Below, piece by piece: positions 47,839-60,341 of a DNA stretch of 64,000 nt. A model generated the notes under the pieces. That model had not been told where the DNA came from, searched no databases, and was given only the letters and a program-made list of their open reading frames with translations. The stretch spans positions 4,280,001-4,344,000 of the forward strand of contig CM119378.1 of the NCBI GenBank assembly GCA_051294905.1, written 5' to 3'. Every line of letters begins with the position of its first letter. Positions within the stretch are counted from its first letter, which is position 1. The stretch is from Botryllus schlosseri (lineage: Eukaryota). A program made the position numbers and the translations under genes.

Positions 47839-48768
47839 TTACAATGAAAGAAGCTTTGGAGATTTCACAGAGTCCGGGCTGGTGTGCGGTTCGCTTGAAG
47901 AGCTTCGCCTGTGAGCTGCGGCACAGCTTTCGCGAGCGTTGTGATACGAGCCGTAATTATTGGCGCTGGACGAAGTGATGATCCCGGGCGTGTTGAAGTC
48001 GCCACAGTTGAACCCGACATCGGATGAATTCAGTACAGATGTCGTCACAGAGCTACTGGTCACACATGGTGTGTTCGGGAACGTAAACACTGATGAAGTA
48101 TTGGACGGGGTTGCGAGACTGCATACTGGCGTATTCAGTGTTTCAACCGGTCCGGCATTCCCTATGTCCAGGCTAGGAAGAGACGACGCAAATCGTCTGT
48201 GATCTAACATATCCTGTCTGTGGCAGTTGTTGGACTGTACCGGGTACGAGCTCGCCATTAAAGACTCACTTCCTACTATTACGGAGTTGTTCTGTTGGTT
48301 GTATATGTTTTCTTCCATTGACCTGTTGCATGAGTTCGTCAAAGACGGACCTGCTTGTATCACGGACACTGTGCTAGCTTGTAACCTTTGCTGATTGTTC
48401 ATTTCTTCGAGGGAATCAACCGCTGACAGTAGGTCAGAATCGTGACTGTGGCGGTCTCCGAGTCCAAGGCAGTCGGTGGTGTTCATGCAGGACGTGTCTT
48501 TCGGACTTTCGTTTCTCATTAGGTTCAGGGACTTGTCTTGTAGAACTTTGCACATTGGTGCATGCGATGCTAAGATAAATTCCAAGTGGTCTTTTTCTTG
48601 TTGCAGTTCCATGATTTCGCGAGTTAGCATGCCTTGGTGGTCTTCTAAGATGTCGGTTTCACCCTGCAGTCTGTCAGTAAGCTCACGTCTCCGGTTCCTG
48701 CATTTGGCCGCTGCTAGTTTGTTTCTTTCTCTTCGTAAGCGTCTTTTTGCAGCCTCCTCTGGTGCAAG
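47839..48768 (-). CDS. FOS: Fos-family gene, coding exon 3 (bZIP and C-terminus)
   Basis: Follows a 66-bp GT-AG intron (48769-48834). Encodes [69 protein letters not shown], an FTFP docking-type motif and the C-terminus [10 protein letters not shown]...[11 protein letters not shown] typical of c-Fos. Confidence 0.96.
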   Translation of the reverse strand, partial: LAPEEAAKRRLRRERNKLAAAKCRNRRRELTDRLQGETDILEDHQGMLTREIMELQQEKDHLEFILASHAPMCKVLQDKSLNLMRNESPKDTSCMNTTDCLGLGDRHSHDSDLLSAVDSLEEMNNQQRLQASTVSVIQAGPSLTNSCNRSMEENIYNQQNNSVIVGSESLMASSYPVQSNNCHRQDMLDHRRFASSLPSLDIGNAGPVETLNTPVCSLATPSNTSSVFTFPNTPCVTSSSVTTSVLNSSDVGFNCGDFNTPGIITSSSANNYGSYHNARESCAAAHRRSSSSEPHTSPDSVKSPKLLSL

Positions 48769-48834
48769 CTGTAATACAGAAACATTGTTTAGTGCTATGT
48801 TCCATATTTACAAAATAAGTTATTTCAATCTTAC

Positions 48835-49314
48835 ATCATGATCTTCGACTTTTCGCTTTCTGCCCGGCGTACCTCTGGGCTTTCCGCTTTTTGTTAACCT
48901 TGGTTTGCCGTCTGCAGTAGTTGTCGACGAGGAAGGATTTGTGTAGCCAGAGTGTGATATTCTAACCGAGGATGACTTCTGCGCGCTGTGAGGTACCAAT
49001 GGATTTTGGTGCATGCTCGAATGCGCTACGACTGCGTTCGGTGGTGTTATCGATCTCATGTCGATGTGACTTGTAGTAACCATCCATTGCATGTCGGGTT
49101 TGCTGGCCGAGTTTAGGCTGTGCGGGCCCGGCGAAGAATGCCTCTCGGAGCCGGTCGAAAAGTGAGTCGGAATTCCCATGTTTCTGAGATCATTTGAACT
49201 GCTTGACATCCCAGGAGAGTACGAGCGATGGTCGTTTTGTTGTATACCGTATGGTACTATAGGCATCTGCTGACTTGTATGATCAACGGCACTGCTGAAC
49301 TGAGTAGGATAATT
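48835..49314 (-). CDS. FOS: Fos-family gene, coding exon 2 (160 codons)
   Basis: TTTTACAG acceptor and GTAAG donor at 48834. Encodes PDMQWMV (compare Fos PDLQWLV) and ends RKRKVEDHD. Confidence 0.9.
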
Positions 49315-49896
49315 CTGTAAAAGAATATTACAAGGACTTGAGAAATCGACAAGACTACGTTATCACGACAACGATACAATTATGAAATTCATATTGGAGT
49401 CAATATCTGTGGACTTACTAACATACTAGAAACACCGAAGCTTAGCCTTACATCACTAAAGACTTCGTTGTAAATTTACTATCTTCGCTAAAAAGTACCA
49501 TTCTCCAAACCCCGGCACCGACGAACCACTCTCTCGAATGAGCTCTTGATAAAGGGCTCGTTCGGTTTTTATATGTGCTCTTGCGTCGAAGTGTCAACAA
49601 CAAAGCCTTTTTTGTATTATTCTCGAAATTCAGATTACATATTCTTACGGGGTTTAGGCATTAGTTGAATTGATAATACACATAAAGAAAGTCAACATCA
49701 CTGTGATGTGATGTGGTTATTAAATGTTCGAATATACACGAGGTCAATGTTTTGAAAAGAAAATCTGCAACGTCATGCTGTAAATTAATGACGTAAAAGT
49801 CATATGACGCCATGGGGTGATGACATGTGAAATCGAGGAGTGAGAAAAGACTGATTATGCACAAAATTCGCTGCAAGAGCTACCGCGGGAACTTAC

Positions 49897-50013
49897 CAGT
49901 AGCGTGCTTGGATGTGGCTGGAACATATTCTCGTCTAGCGAATGAGGCGGGCAGACTTCGTTGTACATGGCGTTCAAGTCCGAGTACCCTGCTGAAAACA
50001 TTGCATTCTTCAT
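49897..50013 (-). CDS. FOS: Fos-family gene, predicted coding exon 1 (MKNAMFSAGY...HPSTLL, 39 codons)
   Basis: ACCATG start at 50013, open frame of 117 nt ending at a GTAAGT donor (49896-49891), phase 0 and in frame with exon 2. MFSAG resembles c-Fos MMFSG. Confidence 0.75.
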
Positions 50014-50479
50014 GGTAAATTGTTGTTGCTGTAGCGAGCTTGATGGCGATTTCGCTCCGCGGGAAGAAATACTTGATATTCTTAATCTATGATTTGATAT
50101 GCCTTATATGCTGTCGAAAAAAGAACGATTTGTTATTTCCAAGTAGCCTATACAATGTTCTTTCCAATTATCTGCTAGTTGCTGACTACTACCCCTGACT
50201 AGTGTTAGCCAAAATAGTCGGGTTTATTTCAACATTAATATATTGTTCAATTGTATATCGAGGTGCCGTACCTCCAAGAGTCTCTCATTTCCAAGTATAC
50301 AACGATTCCGGGTTTCTCATCCGTTGCGGATGCTGATTACATCGTTTCACCTGAGCATCTCGATATTGCTTTTTACCAAGTCATCAAGTTCGAGAGAATA
50401 TTTACTATTAATTTGTCTAGCTCTTCGTATCCTACTATACTATGTTGCTTACCGATGAATCATCATCAGCCATTGTACT

Positions 50480-50512
50480 ACTGTGCGACTGGATTCCTCG
50501 CACCTTTATATA
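50480..50512 (-). promoter_or_regulatory. Candidate Fos core promoter: TATA box and initiator-like site
   Basis: Minus-strand TATATAAAG (50512-50504) with CAGT placing an A at 50482, 30 nt downstream of the first T. Confidence 0.5.
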
Positions 50513-52192
50513 TGTATGCGTAAACTTTGCGTGAGATTTTTTTCTCTCTCATCTCGTGAGTGTTGTTGCTATAATAACGTTGTGCGTTGGGTCCTACGTC
50601 GTTGTCTTGGAGTTGGTACGCATTTCTCGTAACGCGCTAGAACATTCTCTCGGACTATAGAAGAGATCAATGGACTGTATCGAGGGAGAAACGGACTTTT
50701 GGGTATAGTTTCGTAAAGGGATACCGACAGGGAGTTTTGGATATCCCTGGGTTTCGTCTCAAGAGGATAAGTCGTAGATTACGTACCTTTCCAATATAAT
50801 CCAATTTGTTGGTGTGCAGGCACAGCGGAGTTGAGGTGATTACCCAAAAGCACATCACGGAAAATACCTTTAAAGTTTCCTTACTAATAATGCATCAGGG
50901 ATAGCATGCCCGTTAGCCCCAAGTGCATTTAAAGACGGTGATCTGCCTTGTAGTTACATCGAATATAATAATGTTGTATGTAGGATACATGAGGGGAAAG
51001 GCACTTCATGTGAAATTACGTATCACTGCATGATGAATATCGACCACTGATAGTTTAGGATGCGTCGCACGGAACTTGTAGAGATGTGAACTCTATTTGT
51101 GATCCAATCCATCTCTGAATCTGATATTGATTGTCAAAAATGATTTTAACCAAGTTCCGGTAAAGCGCATATTTCACGGGTTATTGTAATTTGTGATGAC
51201 ATCGCAGTCAATGGATAGTATATAATAATTACGGTTGCATTTAAAACAAACGGTGTTTTAAAACTTCGTTTTAAACAAATGCCTCAATTTTTCAAACGTT
51301 GGTTAATTATGCCATAATTTGTGCAAAAACTTCCGAAAAGCATGTAGTATGGGCCTGCGGATGATTTGCACCCAATATAGTCGACGTATACGATCTGGAG
51401 TCCTGGCAGGAACCCTCGAAATCGTCGTTGGTTCGACAGTTATAGCGAGTAGATATAGATGATTTGTACGGAATGGGCGTTCTGATGTTGATGACCGCCG
51501 ACAGTGAAAATGCTGCATAACTAGGTAGTCCAGGCTAAAGATATTTATAGTCTAGTTATGACAATGGTCGGAAGCCCTTTTCGTCGAAGGACCCATATTT
51601 ACCCTAAATTTTCAATTGTAAATGCCACTTCAAGTTCCATGTGACGTCACAATTAAATACTAATTACGTCATGACTAGAAAACAATAATAAAAACATGTT
51701 TTAAACAAGGGCCATGTTTTAAACATGTTTGTTTTAAGTTGATTTTTGTTTTAAATGCGACCCTAACAATAATTGACTGACTGCCAGCTCAAACGAAGAA
51801 CACTCCTGTCGCACTGTGCAAATATCCAACATCTGAATAATATATTCATATTGAAATATCATTGAATATTTCGTTGAATCATAATATTGAAGTTCTGTTT
51901 TTCTAGGAGTGTCTTCAAATCTCCAGCAATTGAAAAATATATTAATATTGAAATATCATTGAATATATTATTCAAATGTATTTTAAAACAGTTTCTTCTA
52001 ATCTCCAGCACTTACATAACGCAAACCAAGAACATACAATGATAAAACTAGTGATTATTATCGATCACAAGGCGAAACCATGAACGGAAACGATATTTTG
52101 TAGAATGTATTAGAATCAGGCGGGATTAAATCAACTCCAACCATATCAGGTGATACGATGGTTGGTAGACAACGTTGTTTCCGATCATCTAA

Positions 52193-52278
52193 TAGTTGCT
52201 GACGATTACCCCTGACGAGTGTCAGCCGAAGATATTCGGGTTCATTTCAATATGAATATAACGTCCAATTGTATATAC
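52193..52278 (+). mobile_element. Copy of the hammerhead-bearing repeat (GAAA changed to GAAG)
   Basis: Near-identical to the reverse complement of 31536-31612. More degenerate copies at about 19818-19935, 29546-29623, 50172-50287 and 51820-52010. Confidence 0.8.
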
Positions 52279-53636
52279 AAACTATTATCAGCAACATATT
52301 TGCCGCATATATTTTACTTCGTGCACCATTATTATTCTTTCGCCATATACACGTTAGAACTACAACGATTTCATAGTATAGAGTCAAGATTTCCAGAAAA
52401 CGTTGAGCGAGACCAGCGCAGCCGATGGTGAAGTCGGAAATAGGTTAGATTCCTATCAAAACAGAACTTCCAGATTTTCATTCCGATGGATACCAATTAC
52501 CGTATCAGTTTTCAATAGATTTGAAAGTTGTCGACTTCTCAAACTCCGAAAATCTGCACACTGGCATTTGCGATTTTAAAAGCATTGAAATAATACTCCA
52601 ATCGATTGCCAAATAATAACGCAATACCTCGTTATTTCTCCAGGAACAGATTTGATGGAAAGTTTCGATCGGTGTTTTGATGTCGCGAATGGGTAGCGAA
52701 CTTGTGAGGGTGCCTGAACTTCCACAATGCGCGCCGCAGTAATTATTTTTCTGCTGAGGTATTGATTGCTAACGTCTGTTTTTGCATATCATGTGCGTAA
52801 CAGCTTTCGTATGTCAATGACCTTGAAGTGAGGGAAATTAAGTCGTACGGTATCGGTTCTTAAAATAGTCAAAACAATACCGTTTTGTATTGTTTGTACA
52901 CCCGTTAACGAAACTTCGTTACGTTCTCTGTTTAATTCCCCATGATTATCGAGTGGCCCTGGCAATTTTTAAGTACATGTGGTTTTCTCAGCTGACGGCA
53001 TTTCACCGGCCCGCGTACGTGCTCTAAATCGTTTTGACGTCTGACTGAACGCCTGCAGCATGGTGCCTTGGGCGTTTTGCGTCGTTTTACGCAGCGTATG
53101 CGTAACATCAAGCGGCTTACCGGTGCGTCAGGTGTTAGTGCGAGTGGCTGGCGTCACGTTTGCTGCAATCAACCATGTCAAATTTATTGTTACAGCATTT
53201 GGACTTACGTATGGGAGGCATTGTAGGTTAGAGTTTCGAGTTGACGCTGTATACTCCCGTATTTCAGGCTATTCACAAATAAGCGACGTAAACAAACCTA
53301 TCTTCGAACTGTGACGATATATATTACGCAGTCAGCGAAGTTCGTATATACGATGAAGCAGAGATATCATAAGATTATTTCTGTTTTGTGAATTGTCTGT
53401 GTGATACCCATAGATTATAATCAACAGCTGCACATGCGTATGCGCATGTATACTGACGATTGATTAGCACAACCAGGAATCATACGAACACTCAAGTGCA
53501 GCACAATTTTAAATGAGGTCCGATTTCCAATAGTTATAAATGGTATCATGGGAGCGGCTATTGTCTTATTGAGGCAATCACGAGTTGCAACAGTGAGTAT
53601 ATCTCGGTTTAATCATAACCACGTATTCGCGATGCT

Positions 53637-54043
53637 TAGGGTTACCATACGTCCTCCTTTAGGAGTATTTGTCCTCCTTTTTCAGGTTTTTGAAAATGTC
53701 CTCCGAGGACGCCTAAATGTCCTCTTTTTTGAGATTTTGTCCTCTTTTTTGAGAAAGGTAGGGCAAATTCGGCTGATATACAGTAAATTAGCACTGAAGT
53801 AACGCTCCGGCGGCTATTTCGGGAGCTGAGCCGAAAAGTTGACTTTTTTTACAGTCAACAACCTGATAATGTGAAAGAAAACCTGTAATTTGGGCACGGA
53901 GTATGAAAGTTGACCTTTTTTTAGTCAACCGACCACGAAGTGGGAACAATTTACCATTTTTTCAAGATTTTCCTCCAGTATTATAAGTTTGAAAATTTTG
54001 AAAAAATGTCCTCCTTTCCCGATTCCAAAATATGGTAACCCTA
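53637..54043. mobile_element. Same TAGGGTTACCATA MITE family (other copies at 20290-20708, 25699-25845 and about 18611-18791)
   Basis: TIRs intact, 7/8 TSD GCGATGCT/GCGATACT. Confidence 0.9.
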
Positions 54044-57000
54044 GCGATACTGTCATAAATCCACCATCTACAACTTGGATAGGGCGTGCGCGCCTTTCTG
54101 CGCAGTGGCGGCTCTGCTATATGCACTTATTATTAAGTACAATTATGATCATGTCGTGATCCACCAATTATCAAACTCATTTTATCAACTGATGGGTATA
54201 CTGGCTACCTATAGGCTAAAGCTTATTCTGGCTCTTATATTCACATTTATAACATTCGTTGGCAGTACAGGTAGCAATAACATGTCTTCGAATTCCCAGT
54301 GCAGATTTCTCATAATGAAAAGATATATAAACGAAGGTCTTCCCTGCCGCTCATCATTGTGTATCTCAGAGGCACTACTATTTCACACCAATCTTTTCGA
54401 AGTCAAAAGTTCTATAGAAATATAGTCGCGCGCACCTTTATTGTAAATAAGGAAAACCTTGAGTTATGAATAATTTCAGAGTAAATCCTACCATACACCA
54501 AATACACACTATTTTATTTATTTGCAACTGTTTATCTCAGTTTCTTCTGGATCTTCTATTCTCAAGTCTCATATATTCACTACCTACCCTTCAATAGTCG
54601 TCTGTATTGACAGCGCATTTGGAAGAGACCTCTACCAAGAGACTACAAAGGACTTTTCGACGTCATGTGGGAGTAACATTACCCGGTACATGCCGAGTCA
54701 AAAAGTTTACTTCAGTTTCTTTAAATAATTTCATCCAATCTGGATATAATTATGTAATATGGTTGATGCGTCGCGAAAGAAGAATTGCCCAACGAAAAAC
54801 TAAACAAAGAGAGTTATAATTTTACTACCACATGCCGGCCGGATACATTTGGATGTACCCGAAATATACGCCGGTATCGTTGGCTCGAATTGCGAAATTT
54901 GTATCGTCACAATCGATTGTGTAACTCTATATCTAGACCACTGTTTGCCATGTAAAGATACTATTGCCGGTTTACTTTCATTGGTTTGTTCTTATCGTTT
55001 GCGTAAGGCTAATCTAATTTTAGCTCTGTTGCTTTGTCATTGTATACCTCGACTCCTATTTGGGGGCATGTCATAATCTTCTAGATTTCAAGTGGCGATT
55101 GGTGATACAACGTGATAATCCCGTGCAATTATACTGTATACCATTGGATTTTTACATGTGAAGTATAAATTGGATGTTGGTATAGGCTATATCACAACAG
55201 AATGTACTATACACAGTGTAAGCGCTGTAAGGTAACCTGGAGAGTATCATTGTTGAAAGGCGGTGCATCAGCGCGCTGGGGAAAAGCTCATTTCTGAGTC
55301 GCAAATCACATACAAAAACGAAAGCTTTCGGCAGATCTGTACTAAATATCTTATCTTGATATAAAGTGAGTGAATGGGGTCGTTATGCACGGGTGTAATT
55401 ACAGAAAAAGTTTGCAAATCAGTTCGCACTCGCTGGTGAGGAGTTTCGCATCGTGATGTCATTCACTTTTACGCCTTACTCATCTAAGGTTGAGCTATAT
55501 TACATATGCAATGTCCTTTACTCCAAAGTCTGTGGCGAGGTAATAAACTTGACATTTTTCTCGAAGCAATGCGGCAGTTTGAACCTCGCAAACATATTCA
55601 AATGCGAGAGATTTGGGACATCCTGTTTGAGTGATTATGCCGGGACGATGCGGCACGATAAAATTTCTAAAATGCTTAGAAGCGCCGGCAATCATTACGA
55701 TTGATGGGTACAGTTGGCCTACACCGTACAAGAAGCCATAAGGGATGACACATACTTTTCACGTTTGCTATATTTTCTGATCGGGACCTTTGGTCATATT
55801 GATAACATTAGCATCTCGACACAATAGCGCTATTGTCCAACATTTTAGGACAGGATATTCCACGTATTTTAAATCAGGATACCGAAATAATACGATACTT
55901 TTTGATATCTCATCTGCGATCAGATCTGTACTCTCAAACCGTCGCTGGATTCATCTGGCATCGGTGGCTTCTGGCGAATGCAGTGAGACACAAATCATAC
56001 TTAGAACGCTCCAAGGTCCGGAATTGCTCGGGATTTACGAAGCATGCATTTTTACTCTGCAGATCTCGGATCTAATCGCTCGCTGGTGTTTCTATGCTGT
56101 TGGATTAACTCACTGAATGATAAGGTCGCGAAAATGAGTTTCTTCTAAACAGAAGTCTGTTTTCGTCAATACATTAATTCGGGAGAAACATCCGCATTAT
56201 GCCTTGCCGGCAAAATATCACGCGCATCTCAAATTCTTTAACAAATCAAAACAGTGGCTTTCCGTATATTTGTATCGAGCCGCACACAATAGAACGGCCC
56301 TGGTCATGCTACGTCACAAAGAGGACACGAGAGAATATCAGCGGATTTATATCAATATTTACCTCGAGCCATAGCGTATCGGGTGTAACTCTGCATAATG
56401 GAACCGGTTTCTCTCGCGTCCGTGTATTGCCTGTCGTCGGTCCGTATGATTCCATTGTAAGCTGCGAAATAAAGGAGAATCGGATCAATGAGTGGGTACT
56501 CGTGAGGTGCACCTCTTCGAACTTTCTATGACGTAGCACTAAGCCGTTTTGAATCTTACAACAAAGGTGTCATGTTGTTATCGAATTAGCGACGAATTGC
56601 CATGCTACAACTTGCAATGAAGCGATCTCTAATGTTACTCGGATTGACGCTTTTGCGTAGGATACGATGGTCGGTGGATATTCTCTTAACATTTTGCTTT
56701 TCACCCCCGCAAAACTACCTGTGATGCATTTTTTAGCGAGAAACTGTTATGAATGGATAATTTTCGATTCTAGTCACGTCCACGTTTGTTATCTTCGGTC
56801 GGAAATCACCAGGATTCTGCCGTGCCGAATGTATCGCAACGCGTCGCTATCTGTTGAAATGTTCAACTGCAAATACCTTATCATATCGGGACAGAGCTAA
56901 GGAATATTTCTACCTTATTCCATTCTGGATATTTTTGTGAAAGTCTGGTCGAGGCCTGCGATAACCGGAACCGCAACCAGAACTAGAAATGAAACTACGT

Positions 57001-58075
57001 ACTTCACAATATCCGCAACTATAGCTATACCATACAACTATACTCAGTTTTCAAAATCCGCAACTAGAATTACACACAAAAATTTCAACCAACTAGATGG
57101 GTATAATTTGTCCGCTTCTATCAGCCGGCACATTTCTGTCAAAAGTTAATAATTTTAATAATATGTAATCCCAAGAAAACTAATCCGCATTAGGGATGAA
57201 ACAAAACGAAGAGCTATACTGTTATGATTAATAGTAGGGTCTTCAGATGTATATTTTATATTAGTGATGACCATATAGCCATGTTAATCATCTTGCAACG
57301 CAGACGGGGCTGGGGCGCGTTTTTCTGGTATGTTTATCTGGAACCTATGATAACTGAACTTTATGGAGGTTGGATGTGACCTCTCCGAGCCCCTAAAAAT
57401 AGCTGAACTTTATCCCTGTAATAGAATGATCCACGCGCCACAAAGATGAAATTATTTTGGGCTAAAAGCATGGTTGTGTCTGCATGTATATATAGCTGAA
57501 GATAATTGATCGCTATGTTAAGTGGGGTGTTGTCCTTGGTCTGCAGCCTTCACCATTGATCAGCATACGGGGTTAGTAGCGAAGCGTTCAAATTATTATA
57601 TTATTTCCAATACTAAATGCATGTGTTCTATACTTTTACGATAATCACACAGTCTTCGCATTCACATTAATATTATAATTTCTGCTTGTAAAATTGCTTG
57701 GAAATTGAGCCTCTGTCACTCGTCATTCCGCGTTTGCATGCATTGATATCAAATTTTCAAGACCGTCAAAAATACTTTGTACACCTGTTTAGTGTTTATA
57801 CTACATGTGTCCTCTCCAGACATACAAATACCATGGTTCCCCATGAAATAATAATGTGAATTCGGCAATGTTATTTGACCGTAATCAATTAAGACTACTT
57901 CTACTTTTGCTTAAGCAACAGGAATGACTATATTTTGATCGTTGGTATAAAAGTAACGTTATTAATATTAATATTATGATTATTGGAAATCTGAGTGGTG
58001 CTTATCGCCATTTAAGGCATTGCGCGCCACGGTATTGAGGTAGGGGAGATGCGGTACCGATGAGACACTGGGACC

Positions 58076-58359
58076 CTGTGGCGAGATAGCGCAGTGGTAT
58101 AATCCGCGGCTACAACACCAATGGGTGCGGGTTCGAGTCCGACCGAGGTCGACTTCCGAATTCCGATATCTAAGTGTTGGAGGTTTACCTAGGCTCCTCC
58201 TCGCCACCTCATCCGCGTCAGCGGTGTCTTACAAAAGCCTAGAGGTGGGCCGTGCTATAAGTCGGCAGTTACGGAAAATACAAAGAATATCGGCCTGGTG
58301 TAAATGACCACAGTAGTCGACAAACACCATGAATACCCCAAAAAAACAACAACAACAAC
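58076..58359 (+). mobile_element. tRNA-derived SINE with (CAA)n tail
   Basis: A box TAGCGCAGTGG, B box GGTTCGAGTCC, A-rich/(CAA)n tail, exact 13-bp TSD AGACACTGGGACC (58063-58075 and 58360-58372). Confidence 0.9.
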
Positions 58360-60341
58360 AGACACTGGGACCAAAAATACTTGAAAAAGTCTCTGTGATA
58401 ATAATCACATGATCACAGTACGCGACTTTGTCTACAATGGTATGCTGGCAGAATCTTTCCTCGCATGCAAAAAACTTCTACTTACGGGATCTGTGACAAA
58501 TGATTTACGTTTTAGGGGGTGTAAAATAAATTTGGATAAATGGATACATTTTTCTATATCAACTTCCAGTATTTGAAAGTCAACATGTCGATTTGCGATA
58601 TGTGCCATTAATTTTGTTAGTTTTGGCGGAAATCCAAACGTGATTTTATCCAACATTTGAGTTGATATAATTTATTTTATTCTTGAAGGTGAGACGAAAC
58701 ATTCTTCATTGGCTTGTTGTAGCTTAGATTATAGTACGCATCAAAACTAGTTGAAATTTGAGTTTTAAGCTTATGTCTCATAGGTCCCATGGTCGTAGAG
58801 CTTGGTAGAGTATTGATGGTAGAGCTTGGATTAAAGTATTGAGTCAGCAAAAGATAAGCTATTCTCGGCTGAAGATTTGAGGGCCGGAGATCATTTTGCA
58901 ATTTTAGATCCATCGGTACCACATCTCCCCTACTTGAAATCAAGCGGTAACTAAATGAACTTATTACAACTTATTACGAATACTGCAACGGCGGTCGACA
59001 ACCGGAATAACGAAAGTGGGCTGCGTTGGGTGAACGGGATATGCAACTGTCAATCAGAGCTTCGCAACATTTTTAAATGATAAACTTTGAAATTTTAGTA
59101 CTTAACATATTTTGCGCTGTAAAATTGCAGATACTGAAAAATAAGCCTCCTTTTCTGTAAAATGTTCCCAATAAAAAAGGCGTTTCAGTAGCGCGCTATT
59201 ATTTGCGGGCGTGGCCATTGCTGGCTGCAGTAAAAGACTGTAAAATCCACATAATCGCAATTTTATGCTTCATCTATATCACGGCGCTCATATTTTCGAG
59301 CTATACTTACAATATTCATGTAAACATTACGGTGATAAAATGCCAAACTAATTAAAATCAGAAAATGTGAGGCTTGTCACGTCGGCATTAGATTTAAACT
59401 TCATCTCTCATCCCACAAGTGGTGTTATGAGGTCTTGTTACGTATCACGAAGAGCTAAAAGTAGGCTGCCGGTTTAATCTTCGTATTTTCGTTCGTTGTT
59501 GTTTGACGTCACGTTGTTTACTAGACGTGGGTTAGTTTTGAGAAATACAGAGCTGGAGGGACCCAGCATAACATCGAATCGGGTTTGGAACTATACGTGG
59601 GCCGATGAAATGCAACACGAAGACAATCTCGGTATAACAAACTATTCGACTATTCGACAGACTATTCGACAATTTAACCTAGCAAGGACATCAATTTACA
59701 GACAATCCTAGACTGACGTCCGCTATTGCGACTAAAATAGGCGCGTTGAAAGTCGCCGGGTATATCTCAGTAAAATGATAACTGTACCGGAGCGTCATGT
59801 TACAACTCTGGAAGAAATTATGTTCAATGGTTCTATAACTGCTATTACATACAATACGAAATTCGAGGGCTTTGCTCGATCAAAACATTTCGCAGAAGAG
59901 GACGCGTGTATAGGGTCTTCGTTTGCCTTACGTAATGGGCCCGGAGATAGCATTTACAAGCTAATATCTTTGCTCTTGTTGAAGATGTATTAGCTCCGAA
60001 TGGATAAGTTCTTGCCTGCGGCTGGAAGTGACACTTACCATACATTGTTCAGTATCTTTTATTAGCACTATCGTCATGCATATAACGCATAGTTGTTGCA
60101 ACAGCAGTTATTAATATGGAATTCCATTATTGTTTCGAAATAGTTAATGGTGTTGCATTCTTGCTCGCATACAGACTTGATGAGAAAGTCAATTTGTATA
60201 CGATTATTTAATTATATAATTATTATTTAAGAATCGATAGATATGACACAGTGGCTACTAGAAATGTTTTCATGTGCTCATCTTCCATCTCTTTTAGCGT
60301 GGTTTCGATAGGGCACTCTGACACGGGGAGATTATTGCATG

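Noticed and set aside
47718..48841. Plus-strand ORFs over the Fos exons
   Set aside because: Antisense shadows of the Fos CDS.
50102..50111. CArG/SRE-like CCTTATATGC near Fos
   Set aside because: One mismatch to CC(A/T)6GG and located downstream of the candidate TSS; expected by chance in AT-rich DNA.
58080..58150. Possible tRNA gene
   Set aside because: It has A and B boxes but no proper cloverleaf; it is the head of a SINE with a tail and TSD.
58432..58943. Two adjacent minus-strand ORFs as a possible RT relic
   Set aside because: No convincing RT or endonuclease motifs; cannot be supported without a profile search.
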